Below, piece by piece: positions 17,656 to 25,787 of a DNA stretch of 27,436 nucleotides. Position numbers and translations under genes: made by a program. Under the pieces are notes generated by a model. It did no database searches. It saw nothing but the letters and a program-made list of their open reading frames with translations, and was not told the DNA's origin. Numbering within the stretch: the first letter of the stretch is position 1; every line of letters starts with the position of its first letter. This DNA comes from Fibrobacteria bacterium. Its GTDB lineage: Bacteria; Fibrobacterota; Fibrobacteria; UBA11236. The DNA lies in contig JBGTHM010000046.1 of the NCBI GenBank assembly GCA_041746255.1, forward strand, positions 1-27,436. Reading direction: 5' to 3'.

Positions 17656-18921
17656 ATGTTTATGGAGAATGAACCGAATCGTAACCGCAATCGAGACCGA
17701 ACCCGTCGCAATAGACCCGTAGGTGGAAGGGAAGAACGCGGCGAACGTCCCGGTCGGCTGGATTACAATGCCTATGCAGAACATTCCGTGACGCCAGCGG
17801 CGCCCCGGCAACGCCGGTGGTCGAGCCTTACCGCTAAAATGGCGTTGCTTGCCTTGTTTCTGGTGGTACTGGGGTCGCTGGGCGCCTGGCTTTTCTCGGG
17901 TGTCGCGCCCTGGCATCAAGCCGGCGAGGTCGCCTACAAGCAGCAGGAATACCGGGAAGAACTCCGAGCGAGAGAGCAACGGGTGCAACGCATAGAGCGG
18001 CATAACCGCCTCGGTAATTTATTTCTGAGCCGGGGACAGGCATCTGCGGCCGGACAGGAATTTAAAAGCGCTCTGGAACTCGATCCCAAGGGAGTGGAAG
18101 CGCAATTGGGTAAGTTCAAGGCGGAAATTTTTGAACCTATCGAGCGGGGAGAGAATGCGCCCGAGGTTTTCACATCCCGCCTGGAATTCGCCCTTGCCGA
18201 AAATCCCGAGGATGCGCATATCCATGCCTATTTGGGTCATGTCTACCTGACCCTGAATCCGGCTAAATCCGAAACTTTATTCCGTAAGTCCCTATCGCTC
18301 GATCCAGACGTTTCCACCGCCTATGTGGGCTTGGGTACTCTTTTCGACCAGCGACAAAGGTCGGATTCGGCTATTCACTATTATGAAAAGGCAGTTGCCG
18401 TTTCGGAATGGAACCAACCCGGATTACTTCTTCTCGGCAGTCAATATTTGCGTATGGGCGAAAATCAGAAGGCCCTGGAGAAATTCGATGTGCTTTTAGG
18501 CCTTGACCCTCAATACCTGCTGGCCCATTTTTACCGGGCCCTGGCCTTGGTGCGTGACGGCCGATGGGATGACGCTTCTGTTGCCTTAAAGCAAGTCCTG
18601 TCCTTGGCGGAACAAGATGCAGTCATGGGCCAAACGAAAAATGCGGGAAAGTGGATTTTTAACCGCGAAGAGGGGAGCATAACCATGGCCACCTCGGCGG
18701 AAAAGGCTTTTTATGCGCGGGCATTGTCCGGCGTTGTGGCGCATATGCAGGGCAGGACTCAGGAAAGCAGGGACCATCTGGGTAGCCTAGCCGGTTTGGA
18801 AACCGGCAAGAAAAAGGAATTGCTGGCCCTGGCCGGTTCCGATTTGGGCTTTTCCTGCTCCGGGGATGATTCCTGCATCCGCAAACTCGCCGAATTCCGA
18901 TCTCGCAACTCGCTCCCCTAG
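17656..18921 (+). CDS. Membrane-anchored TPR protein
   Basis: Arg-rich N-terminus; one TM helix (MALLALFLVVLGSLGAWLFSGV); multiple TPRs such as FKSALELDPKG, FRKSLSLDPDVSTAYVGLG and LAHFYRALAL; AGGA SD. Confidence 0.8.
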   Translation: MFMENEPNRNRNRDRTRRNRPVGGREERGERPGRLDYNAYAEHSVTPAAPRQRRWSSLTAKMALLALFLVVLGSLGAWLFSGVAPWHQAGEVAYKQQEYREELRAREQRVQRIERHNRLGNLFLSRGQASAAGQEFKSALELDPKGVEAQLGKFKAEIFEPIERGENAPEVFTSRLEFALAENPEDAHIHAYLGHVYLTLNPAKSETLFRKSLSLDPDVSTAYVGLGTLFDQRQRSDSAIHYYEKAVAVSEWNQPGLLLLGSQYLRMGENQKALEKFDVLLGLDPQYLLAHFYRALALVRDGRWDDASVALKQVLSLAEQDAVMGQTKNAGKWIFNREEGSITMATSAEKAFYARALSGVVAHMQGRTQESRDHLGSLAGLETGKKKELLALAGSDLGFSCSGDDSCIRKLAEFRSRNSLP

Positions 18922-18970
18922 CCGGAAGGAGCGGTCCTCACGATTAGATTTCCGGACCGCCAGCTTTTCC

Positions 18971-18999
18971 TTGAGCCAGGATGCCGCCAAGAGTAGAAT
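18971..18999 (+). promoter_or_regulatory. Candidate sigma70-type promoter
   Basis: TTGAGC-17 nt-TAGAAT, about 70 nt upstream of ATG 19069. Confidence 0.45.
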
Positions 19000-19068
19000 G
19001 GATCTTCGGGGGTAGAACCCCTAAATTCATTCGGGCCGCAGTAACAATCGGTCTCAAGGGGTGTGAGT

Positions 19069-19584
19069 ATGGTAGAGAGCCGGTTCTCCGCATCACGAAA
19101 ACGCCAACTCATGGGTTTGGCTCTGCTATTCATCTTCGTTGGCGCGTGGTTGTTAGCCAACGACTCGCTCAACACCGCGACCATCGCCGTGGACGGTCCC
19201 GAAGGGGAAGGCTGGAAACATCTGGCCATTTCCAAATGGGCGGCGCTTTCGCCCTTGTTGTTCGGCGGTTTCTTCCTCGTTTTGGGAATGGGGTTAATTC
19301 GTCTGCGCGTCATTCTTAACGGCTTGTTTATCCGGTTGGAACCGGAGTCGTTGAGTTATTCCTGGATTGTCACTTCCGGACGACGTTTCCACCTTCCCAG
19401 GATCAAAACCGGAACTATCGAATTAAATAAAATAGCCTTGATTGCTACTGGTGATTTCGCTCCCAAACCCTTTCTAATCGCCATCTCCAATTCCGATTAC
19501 CTCTTTGTCGATTCCGCGGTCGAAAATCGGAAATTATTGGAATACGAGCTCAAAAAAAACATTTCCCATTTTCAAACGGCATAG
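19069..19584 (+). CDS. Hypothetical membrane protein (two TM helices plus a small soluble domain)
   Basis: AAGGGG SD 7 nt before ATG 19069 (track start GTG 19063); two hydrophobic segments. Confidence 0.6.
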   Translation: MVESRFSASRKRQLMGLALLFIFVGAWLLANDSLNTATIAVDGPEGEGWKHLAISKWAALSPLLFGGFFLVLGMGLIRLRVILNGLFIRLEPESLSYSWIVTSGRRFHLPRIKTGTIELNKIALIATGDFAPKPFLIAISNSDYLFVDSAVENRKLLEYELKKNISHFQTA

Positions 19585-19885
19585 CCTTCGCTTGGATTCG
19601 GAGAACCGGACCGCTGGAAAAAAAGCAGGGGTAACGGGTGATGGGGCAATAAATCCCGTGGCTAGTATCGGCCACCATTCAATTCGGCCTAAAAATCTCA
19701 AAAAAACGATATTTGGGGCAGGGTTATCAAGGTTCAATGACCGGGTGTATTATCAAAAAAACGAATTATTACAGGAAACGGCTTTTTTCCAACGTAATTT
19801 CGCCAGAGATAAGGCAGATTCTTATAGAAGTTGATACGTGAGAATAAATGTGCTCGTTCATTTTCACATCGCAAGGAAGAAAATC

Positions 19886-20488
19886 ATGTCCGTAAGAAAT
19901 CCCAATGGTAAATCTATGATTCTACCCCTCACAATACTCTGCTTGGCCTTGCTCCCTGCTTTGACCCAAGCGGCGAATGAGGTAAAGACTTTGAACGGCC
20001 CGACCCGCATCAACAACTGGGGCTCTTATTCGCTTTCCGTGGAATATGCTGCGGATAAGGATGACAACCTCGCGTTGAATTTGAAGCGCACCTCCGATGG
20101 CAAGATTTTCGGCACGGCCTCTGTTCCCGCCAAAGCCGGAACGGGAACCCTTACCCTGGAATTGAACGTCACCGGCAAGCCTCCTTATGGCGACGGTTAT
20201 GTCTGGGAGGCGGCGATTGGCGGTCCGTCCCCGATAAAGGGCGGCAATCTTTCCGTCCGGTCCTTTTTGAACGTGGCCAAAGGATCCGGAAACACTTGGC
20301 TGATAAGCGCTTCCAAGGGCTATCGTGTGGAGGTGATTTCTTCGGATGGCGCCATCGTCGAAACCCGATTTGCGGATGCATCGCCAAGCTACAGTTGGAC
20401 GGCGGGGAATGCGGGGGTCTATATCATTCGCGCCTCTAAGGACGGACATCAAATGCTTCAACAGGTAGTCGCCACGCAGCAGCGGTAA
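19886..20488 (+). CDS. Small secreted beta-rich protein with T9SS-like CTD
   Basis: AAGGAAG SD before ATG 19886; signal peptide ending TQA-A; C-terminus YRVEVISSDG...AGVYIIR...QQVV. Confidence 0.7.
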   Translation: MSVRNPNGKSMILPLTILCLALLPALTQAANEVKTLNGPTRINNWGSYSLSVEYAADKDDNLALNLKRTSDGKIFGTASVPAKAGTGTLTLELNVTGKPPYGDGYVWEAAIGGPSPIKGGNLSVRSFLNVAKGSGNTWLISASKGYRVEVISSDGAIVETRFADASPSYSWTAGNAGVYIIRASKDGHQMLQQVVATQQR

Positions 20489-20493
20489 AGGGA

Positions 20494-21951
20494 ATGAAAA
20501 TGATCAGGACACAAATACTCAATAATGCGCGTACCCAGGCCGCCGGCCTGTTCTTGGCCGTAATACTTTTCGGCGGAACCGAGGCCGCGCAAAAGCAAAA
20601 GCCGGTGGAGATCGCCAAGCCCAATATCATCCACTTCATTCTGGACGATTGGGGTTATTACGAGCTTTCCTCCATGGGGAGCAAAGAACTCAAAACCCCG
20701 TATATCGACAAACTCGCTCAGGAAGGGATGAGGTTTACCCAGGCATTGGCGGGTGGTTCCTACTGCGCCCCTACCCGGGCTTCCTTGATGACCGGGTTTC
20801 ATTTAGGGCATTCGATAATAAAAGACAATAAACCGGAACAAACCCTGCGCACCACGGACGTGACCATTCCCATGATTTTAAAACAGGCCGGGTACGTTAC
20901 GGGTGGCTTCGGTAAATGGGGTATCGGTGATGTCGGAACCCATAGTTCACCGGATAAGAAAGGGTTCGATTACTTTTACGGCTATTACCATCAGATTCAT
21001 GCCCATACCTATTTTCCCGAGTATCTGATTCGCAATGGAGTCAAGGAAACTCTTCCAGGCAACCAAAAGTTGGCTGGGGAAGAAAAAAACGCCTACGGAA
21101 ATTATTTCAAAGGCCAAACATTTTCCCACGACTTGATTTTCGCGGAAACCAAAAAATGGCTTTCCGCCAACAAAAACAAATCCTTTTACCTCTATGCACC
21201 CTGGACTCTTCCGCACGGATTATTCGGCATTACCGACGACCACCCCTTTTGGCTGAAGTATAAAGACAAACCTTGGACCGCCGGGAACCAACGAGACACC
21301 GATGCGCGCGTCTACGCGGCGATGGTGGAGATGTTTGACGCCCACATAGGGGAGATCATCGATTCTCTGAAGCATTGGGGAGTGGAACAAAACACCATGG
21401 TTCTCATCACCGGCGATAACGGCGCCCATGCCCGGTTTCCCTCCAATAAATCAGGGGAGCAAAAAAGTTGGCCCGGGGGTTTCTTCCGGCCCAATCATGA
21501 TCCGAAGAGCAATGATTTCTTCCGGGGACGAAAAGGAGAATTAACTGAAGGGGGATTACGAGTTCCCACAATTACCTGGTGGCCGGGCAAAATCAAACCG
21601 GGCCAGGTGAGCGACATGCTTTGCTATTTCCCCGATTATCTGCCGACCTTTGCGGAAATTGCGGGCATAACACCCCCTGAAAAGATTGACGGCATCTCCA
21701 TCCTTCCGACCTTGATTGGAGAGCAGGCTGCGGGCCGACCGCAGAAACAGCATGAGTATCTTTTTTGGCTCAATGGTACCGAACAGGCGGTGCGAATGGG
21801 AAATTGGAAATTAATTATTTCCGGTAATAATAGCGCTTCCCTCTATGACTTGAGTAAGGACATCAGCGAGAGCAATAATGTCGCGGGTGCCAATTCCGGT
21901 ATTGTGTCCAAAATGCGCGCCTATGCCAAAGAGGCGAATGAGCCACTCTAG
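20494..21951 (+). CDS. Formylglycine-dependent (S1, Cys-type) sulfatase / arylsulfatase
   Basis: KPNIIHFILDDWG, signature CAPTRASLMTG, GYVTGGFGKWG, PHG, GDNG, KGELTEGGLRVP, LYDLSKDISE; N-terminal signal peptide. Confidence 0.93.
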   Translation: MKMIRTQILNNARTQAAGLFLAVILFGGTEAAQKQKPVEIAKPNIIHFILDDWGYYELSSMGSKELKTPYIDKLAQEGMRFTQALAGGSYCAPTRASLMTGFHLGHSIIKDNKPEQTLRTTDVTIPMILKQAGYVTGGFGKWGIGDVGTHSSPDKKGFDYFYGYYHQIHAHTYFPEYLIRNGVKETLPGNQKLAGEEKNAYGNYFKGQTFSHDLIFAETKKWLSANKNKSFYLYAPWTLPHGLFGITDDHPFWLKYKDKPWTAGNQRDTDARVYAAMVEMFDAHIGEIIDSLKHWGVEQNTMVLITGDNGAHARFPSNKSGEQKSWPGGFFRPNHDPKSNDFFRGRKGELTEGGLRVPTITWWPGKIKPGQVSDMLCYFPDYLPTFAEIAGITPPEKIDGISILPTLIGEQAAGRPQKQHEYLFWLNGTEQAVRMGNWKLIISGNNSASLYDLSKDISESNNVAGANSGIVSKMRAYAKEANEPL

Positions 21952-21995
21952 ACCTGCTGGGGCGAAAATGCAATAAAACACAGCTCTATAGGCTT

Positions 21996-23528
21996 ATGCA
22001 TATAAAACGAAATACTATGGGAGCCTGGATTTCCAAAGCCTGCGTTCTGACAATTTCTGCAGCATACATAACCGCCTCTGCGGACATTGAGCTCATTAAG
22101 ACTTCGGTTTTGGCTACCGATGCCAATGAGAGCATGAACGGGATTATCTTCCAGAATGAGGCGATTCTATCCCATAACGGATGGCAGTATGCGTCCTATT
22201 ATAACAATAGTTCTCCTCGACGAATTGTCATAGCCCGGCGGAAATTCCCGGACGGCGACTGGCAAAGGTTTACATTTCAGGACTATGGGCAAACTCGAGA
22301 TGATGGTCATAACATGATTAGCATCGGCATTAGTCCGGAAGACGGAACCCTACACCTGTCCTTCGATCACCATGTGACAAAGCTGAAGTATAGGTGGTCC
22401 AAGCCAGGGCTTCTGAATAACCCGGAAACCAAAAATTGGGATGCCTCGCAATTCAATAGTATAACCGATAGGTTTGATGGTGATGTTGAACAAAGAGTCA
22501 CATATCCGATATTCGTCCATTCACCCGAAGGGAAGCTTTACTTTAGCCGTCGAGACGGGGCTCATGGAAACGGCGATCAGTATTTGTATGAGTACTCAAA
22601 TGGAAAATGGACCACAGTTGGAAAATATATCGAAGGTAATGGCGCAAACCCCTATATTGACGATCTCTACTTCAGTAAGGATGGTCGTTTACATGTCGCC
22701 TGGATTTGGAGAACCGGGCCGCTGGAAAGCGCCTATGATATCTGCTATGCTTACAGTGATGATTTAGGACGAACCTGGTTCAGTTCCGCTGGAAAAAAAG
22801 TAGGGACAACGGGTGATGGGGCGATGGACCGGAAGAAGGTTCCGGAATTGACGGTCGTTCCGATTGCTCCCGGCCAACTGGTTAACCAGGAAGGAATGAC
22901 GGTTGATTCAAAAGGAAGAGTTCATATTGTCCATCGGTTGAACAATAAAATTTTTCACTTTTACCGGGATCCGGAGGGAAAGTGGTATACGATTGATACG
23001 GGTTTTCCGGCCGATGGCCCGCGCCGTTCAATTGCCGCGGATGCACAGAACAATATCTACATCATGTTTTCCGATGTTCAAATTGCCATGGCTACCGAAG
23101 CAGGTGGCTTCAAGGATTGGAAAGTTGTCCATCAGGAACTGAAGGGGGTATATTCATCGGCTCCATTATTTGATCGTTACCTTTTGGAAAAATCAAATGT
23201 ATTGTCGTTATTCATGGTCAAAAGCCAGTCCACTATAATTCATTCTCTCGATTTCAAGCTTGCCGGGGGTCCCAATACAAATGTGGCGATTGGAACCTCC
23301 CCTCATGGAGCCGGCCCAAAGGTCCTGTTCACCCCTCAGAAAACCTTGGCATTCACTGCCCCGTCCTATCCCGCCAAGGTGGTAATAACGGATCTAAAGG
23401 GCGGAGTAATCCATTCCAAAACGATTACAGGTGGTACGCAAATCGAGACTCAGACTATGTCGGGGTTATACCTCGTTCATCTTTCAAACAACGAATTCTC
23501 GCGGACCCAAAAAGTAATCATCCGGTAA
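21996..23528 (+). CDS. Secreted BNR_4-family beta-propeller, putative polysaccharide lyase (PL42/PL24-like), with T9SS type-A-like CTD
   Basis: DDGHNMISIGISPEDGTLHLSFDHH, TYP, Asp-box YAYSDDLGRTW, VNQE; C-terminus ITDLKG...SGLYLV...TQKVIIR. Alternative ATG at 22017. Confidence 0.75.
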   Translation: MHIKRNTMGAWISKACVLTISAAYITASADIELIKTSVLATDANESMNGIIFQNEAILSHNGWQYASYYNNSSPRRIVIARRKFPDGDWQRFTFQDYGQTRDDGHNMISIGISPEDGTLHLSFDHHVTKLKYRWSKPGLLNNPETKNWDASQFNSITDRFDGDVEQRVTYPIFVHSPEGKLYFSRRDGAHGNGDQYLYEYSNGKWTTVGKYIEGNGANPYIDDLYFSKDGRLHVAWIWRTGPLESAYDICYAYSDDLGRTWFSSAGKKVGTTGDGAMDRKKVPELTVVPIAPGQLVNQEGMTVDSKGRVHIVHRLNNKIFHFYRDPEGKWYTIDTGFPADGPRRSIAADAQNNIYIMFSDVQIAMATEAGGFKDWKVVHQELKGVYSSAPLFDRYLLEKSNVLSLFMVKSQSTIIHSLDFKLAGGPNTNVAIGTSPHGAGPKVLFTPQKTLAFTAPSYPAKVVITDLKGGVIHSKTITGGTQIETQTMSGLYLVHLSNNEFSRTQKVIIR

Positions 23529-23665
23529 CGTTTGACGGACATTCTCTCTGTCCGCGCGCCAACTTCAACTCCATGGCTCTCCAATTTCCCTGAGCACCTT
23601 TATAATGTGCTCAAAAAACCCAATTCCTGTTTTCAAGCCGCCTAGCTATCCAGTGATTTTGCAAT

Positions 23666-23727
23666 TTGTGTTACGATTGCGGCACGAAATGCATCCTTGT
23701 GTTACGATTACAGCACGAAATGCGTCC
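23666..23727 (+). repeat. Two-copy 31-bp tandem direct repeat
   Basis: TTGTGTTACGATTGCGGCACGAAATGCATCC followed directly by TTGTGTTACGATTACAGCACGAAATGCGTCC; 28 of 31 positions identical. Confidence 0.9.
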
Positions 23728-23771
23728 AAGACTTCGACAAGGCTCAAAAAACATGCACACTGGAGAATATT

Positions 23772-25781
23772 ATGCGAATCGGTTTATATACCGCCATGGC
23801 CGGTAGCCTACTCATGGCCACCGGATGCTTTCTGGGAAATGATAAGGAATCGAAGAAAAAGGGCGGAGGCGTGCCGAAAATGGCAAGCTGCGTCGAATTG
23901 TCTCCGGATGCCAAGTCCGAGGCGGATGCCTTGGTTAAGCAGGCCAATGAATATATGGTGTCGGACATGCAGTATCTTTTCGACGGCAGCGCGCAGTCGT
24001 GGGGTGATGTCAAAGCCCGGAATTCCCAAGCGGCATTGGGTCTTTACGACAAAGCCTTGGACGCGGCTCCCGGACATTGCGGTGCGCTCTTCGGTCGAGC
24101 CGTTGTTTCGGCCATGCGGATTACCCAGGAGCCCAAGCTGGATGAATTCGTACAAAAGGTGGAAAACTCTTCCGGGTCTAGCGCCGCTACCGCGAAAATC
24201 GGTTCCGGCCGGGCGCTGCTTAAGGTTTCTCCCTCGGAGGCTGCTCCCGTACTGATTAAGCTTTCCGCTGATTTGGAAAATACCGATCGCGTTACCCTTT
24301 CGGAGGCGCAAGCCCTTATCGAGTCCACCTTAATGCCCAAGCTGGATTCCACCATCGCTTCCCTCGACCAGGTGCTGGAGTTCGAAGCCTTTACTTTCGA
24401 GTTCGTCGCCGATGGCCGTGTCTATCAATTGGATAGGGGAGATATAGGCCCCTTGCTGGCAGGCTTGAAAGTGATCAAAGCCTGGATGACAATGGCCGTG
24501 GCATATAAGGGAGATTTTTCCAAGGATGGCAGTTATGCCTGGATGCGAACCTTGGGCGACATGTACGAAGATGATGTTGATTCGCTTAGCTTGGAGCAAA
24601 AGGAGGCTTTGGATCATTATACCGGCCTTTTCCAGCCGGGAAGTTCCTTTTCCCGCATCCGACCCGAGTGGAAAACCCGTCTTTCCGAAATTCCGGCCTT
24701 ATTGCTGAGCGCCGTCGAGAATGCGCAGGCGGGCTTAAAATACGGCATTGCCGAAGCGGGCAAACCAACAGGGCAGGAAAATGACCTGTACGTGGTGGGG
24801 CCCGGAACCAACGCCGACGTCGATCCCAAAGATTTGGAAGAAGCGGTGGAATTGCTGGAGAGAAGCAAGAAATATCTCAAGGGCGAAGTACCGATTTCCT
24901 ATAACAAGGGCAGCCAAACCCTCAAGGTAAATTTTCCCCGCTTGTTCCATATCGACGGCATCCAAAACCTATTTCCCTATTTCAAATGGAAGCCCTATGC
25001 GGAATGGAACGATGTTGTCGGCGCCGATACCAATTGGAACACCTTGTATGTGGGCGCCACTAAAGACGAGATCCTTCATCGGCTGGGCTACAAAAGCCGG
25101 GATTGGAATTTGTGGGTCAGCGAACCGGATGAGAGCGGTGAAATACAGTTAAGAGACGGATTTGGTGGTTGGAATCCGGGAGATTCGGACGGCTCCATTA
25201 ATACACTCGCCATCCTCACGCCTAAAGAGGGGAGCCCCTGCCGCTACACCTATGTGAAGAAATTTTCCCGGGTCGAAGAAAACCAGGGAACGGATTTTTG
25301 GGGGTACGATGGTGAATTCAAATCCGTGCCCCAGGAGTCACAGGGAGAAATCACTCTAAGGAGATGCCGTGTGAGCAACGGAATCACCGAATTTATCCTG
25401 AGTTTCTCCGGTAACAATGCAATTCCCTTCTACTTCACCGATGCGCAAGGCAATGCAACTCTTAAATCGGAAGACTTCGACGCTTTTCAAGGCGATCTTT
25501 CCACTCTTAAAGGAAAAGTCGTTTTCCGGGATCCGACCTTCGGCGGCCTGTTTCCGGGACTTACCCAGGACAACATTTGGTCGACCATCAAGTCGTTGGA
25601 AACCGTGAAGCCCCGCACCCGCGAGGTTTGCACGGAAACCATGGAAGGGGACTGGAATTATCGGCGGGAATGCCGATTGGAGAAAGCTGTAGTCAATCCA
25701 TCTGATTTGGATTTACTCATTTCCAATCTGTACTGGGTTGGCAAGCTTATTAATCCTGATGTTGTTACTTCGGATTTCTAG
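23772..25781 (+). CDS. Large uncharacterised lipoprotein
   Basis: Start moved to ATG 23772 (GGAG SD); MRIGLYTAMAGSLLMATG-C lipobox; TPR-like helix pair ALGLYDKALDAAPGHCGALFG; apparently mostly helical. Confidence 0.8.
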   Translation: MRIGLYTAMAGSLLMATGCFLGNDKESKKKGGGVPKMASCVELSPDAKSEADALVKQANEYMVSDMQYLFDGSAQSWGDVKARNSQAALGLYDKALDAAPGHCGALFGRAVVSAMRITQEPKLDEFVQKVENSSGSSAATAKIGSGRALLKVSPSEAAPVLIKLSADLENTDRVTLSEAQALIESTLMPKLDSTIASLDQVLEFEAFTFEFVADGRVYQLDRGDIGPLLAGLKVIKAWMTMAVAYKGDFSKDGSYAWMRTLGDMYEDDVDSLSLEQKEALDHYTGLFQPGSSFSRIRPEWKTRLSEIPALLLSAVENAQAGLKYGIAEAGKPTGQENDLYVVGPGTNADVDPKDLEEAVELLERSKKYLKGEVPISYNKGSQTLKVNFPRLFHIDGIQNLFPYFKWKPYAEWNDVVGADTNWNTLYVGATKDEILHRLGYKSRDWNLWVSEPDESGEIQLRDGFGGWNPGDSDGSINTLAILTPKEGSPCRYTYVKKFSRVEENQGTDFWGYDGEFKSVPQESQGEITLRRCRVSNGITEFILSFSGNNAIPFYFTDAQGNATLKSEDFDAFQGDLSTLKGKVVFRDPTFGGLFPGLTQDNIWSTIKSLETVKPRTREVCTETMEGDWNYRRECRLEKAVVNPSDLDLLISNLYWVGKLINPDVVTSDF

Positions 25782-25787
25782 GCGGAT

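Noticed and set aside
23666..23727. CRISPR array or sigma54 promoter reading of the 31-bp repeat
   Set aside because: No spacer between the copies and no cas genes; the GG-to-GC spacing in GGCACGAAATGC is 8 nt rather than the required 10.
23605..24255. 216-aa alternative-frame ORF and the 23697 start of the lipoprotein
   Set aside because: Both overlap the promoter repeat; SD and lipobox support ATG 23772.
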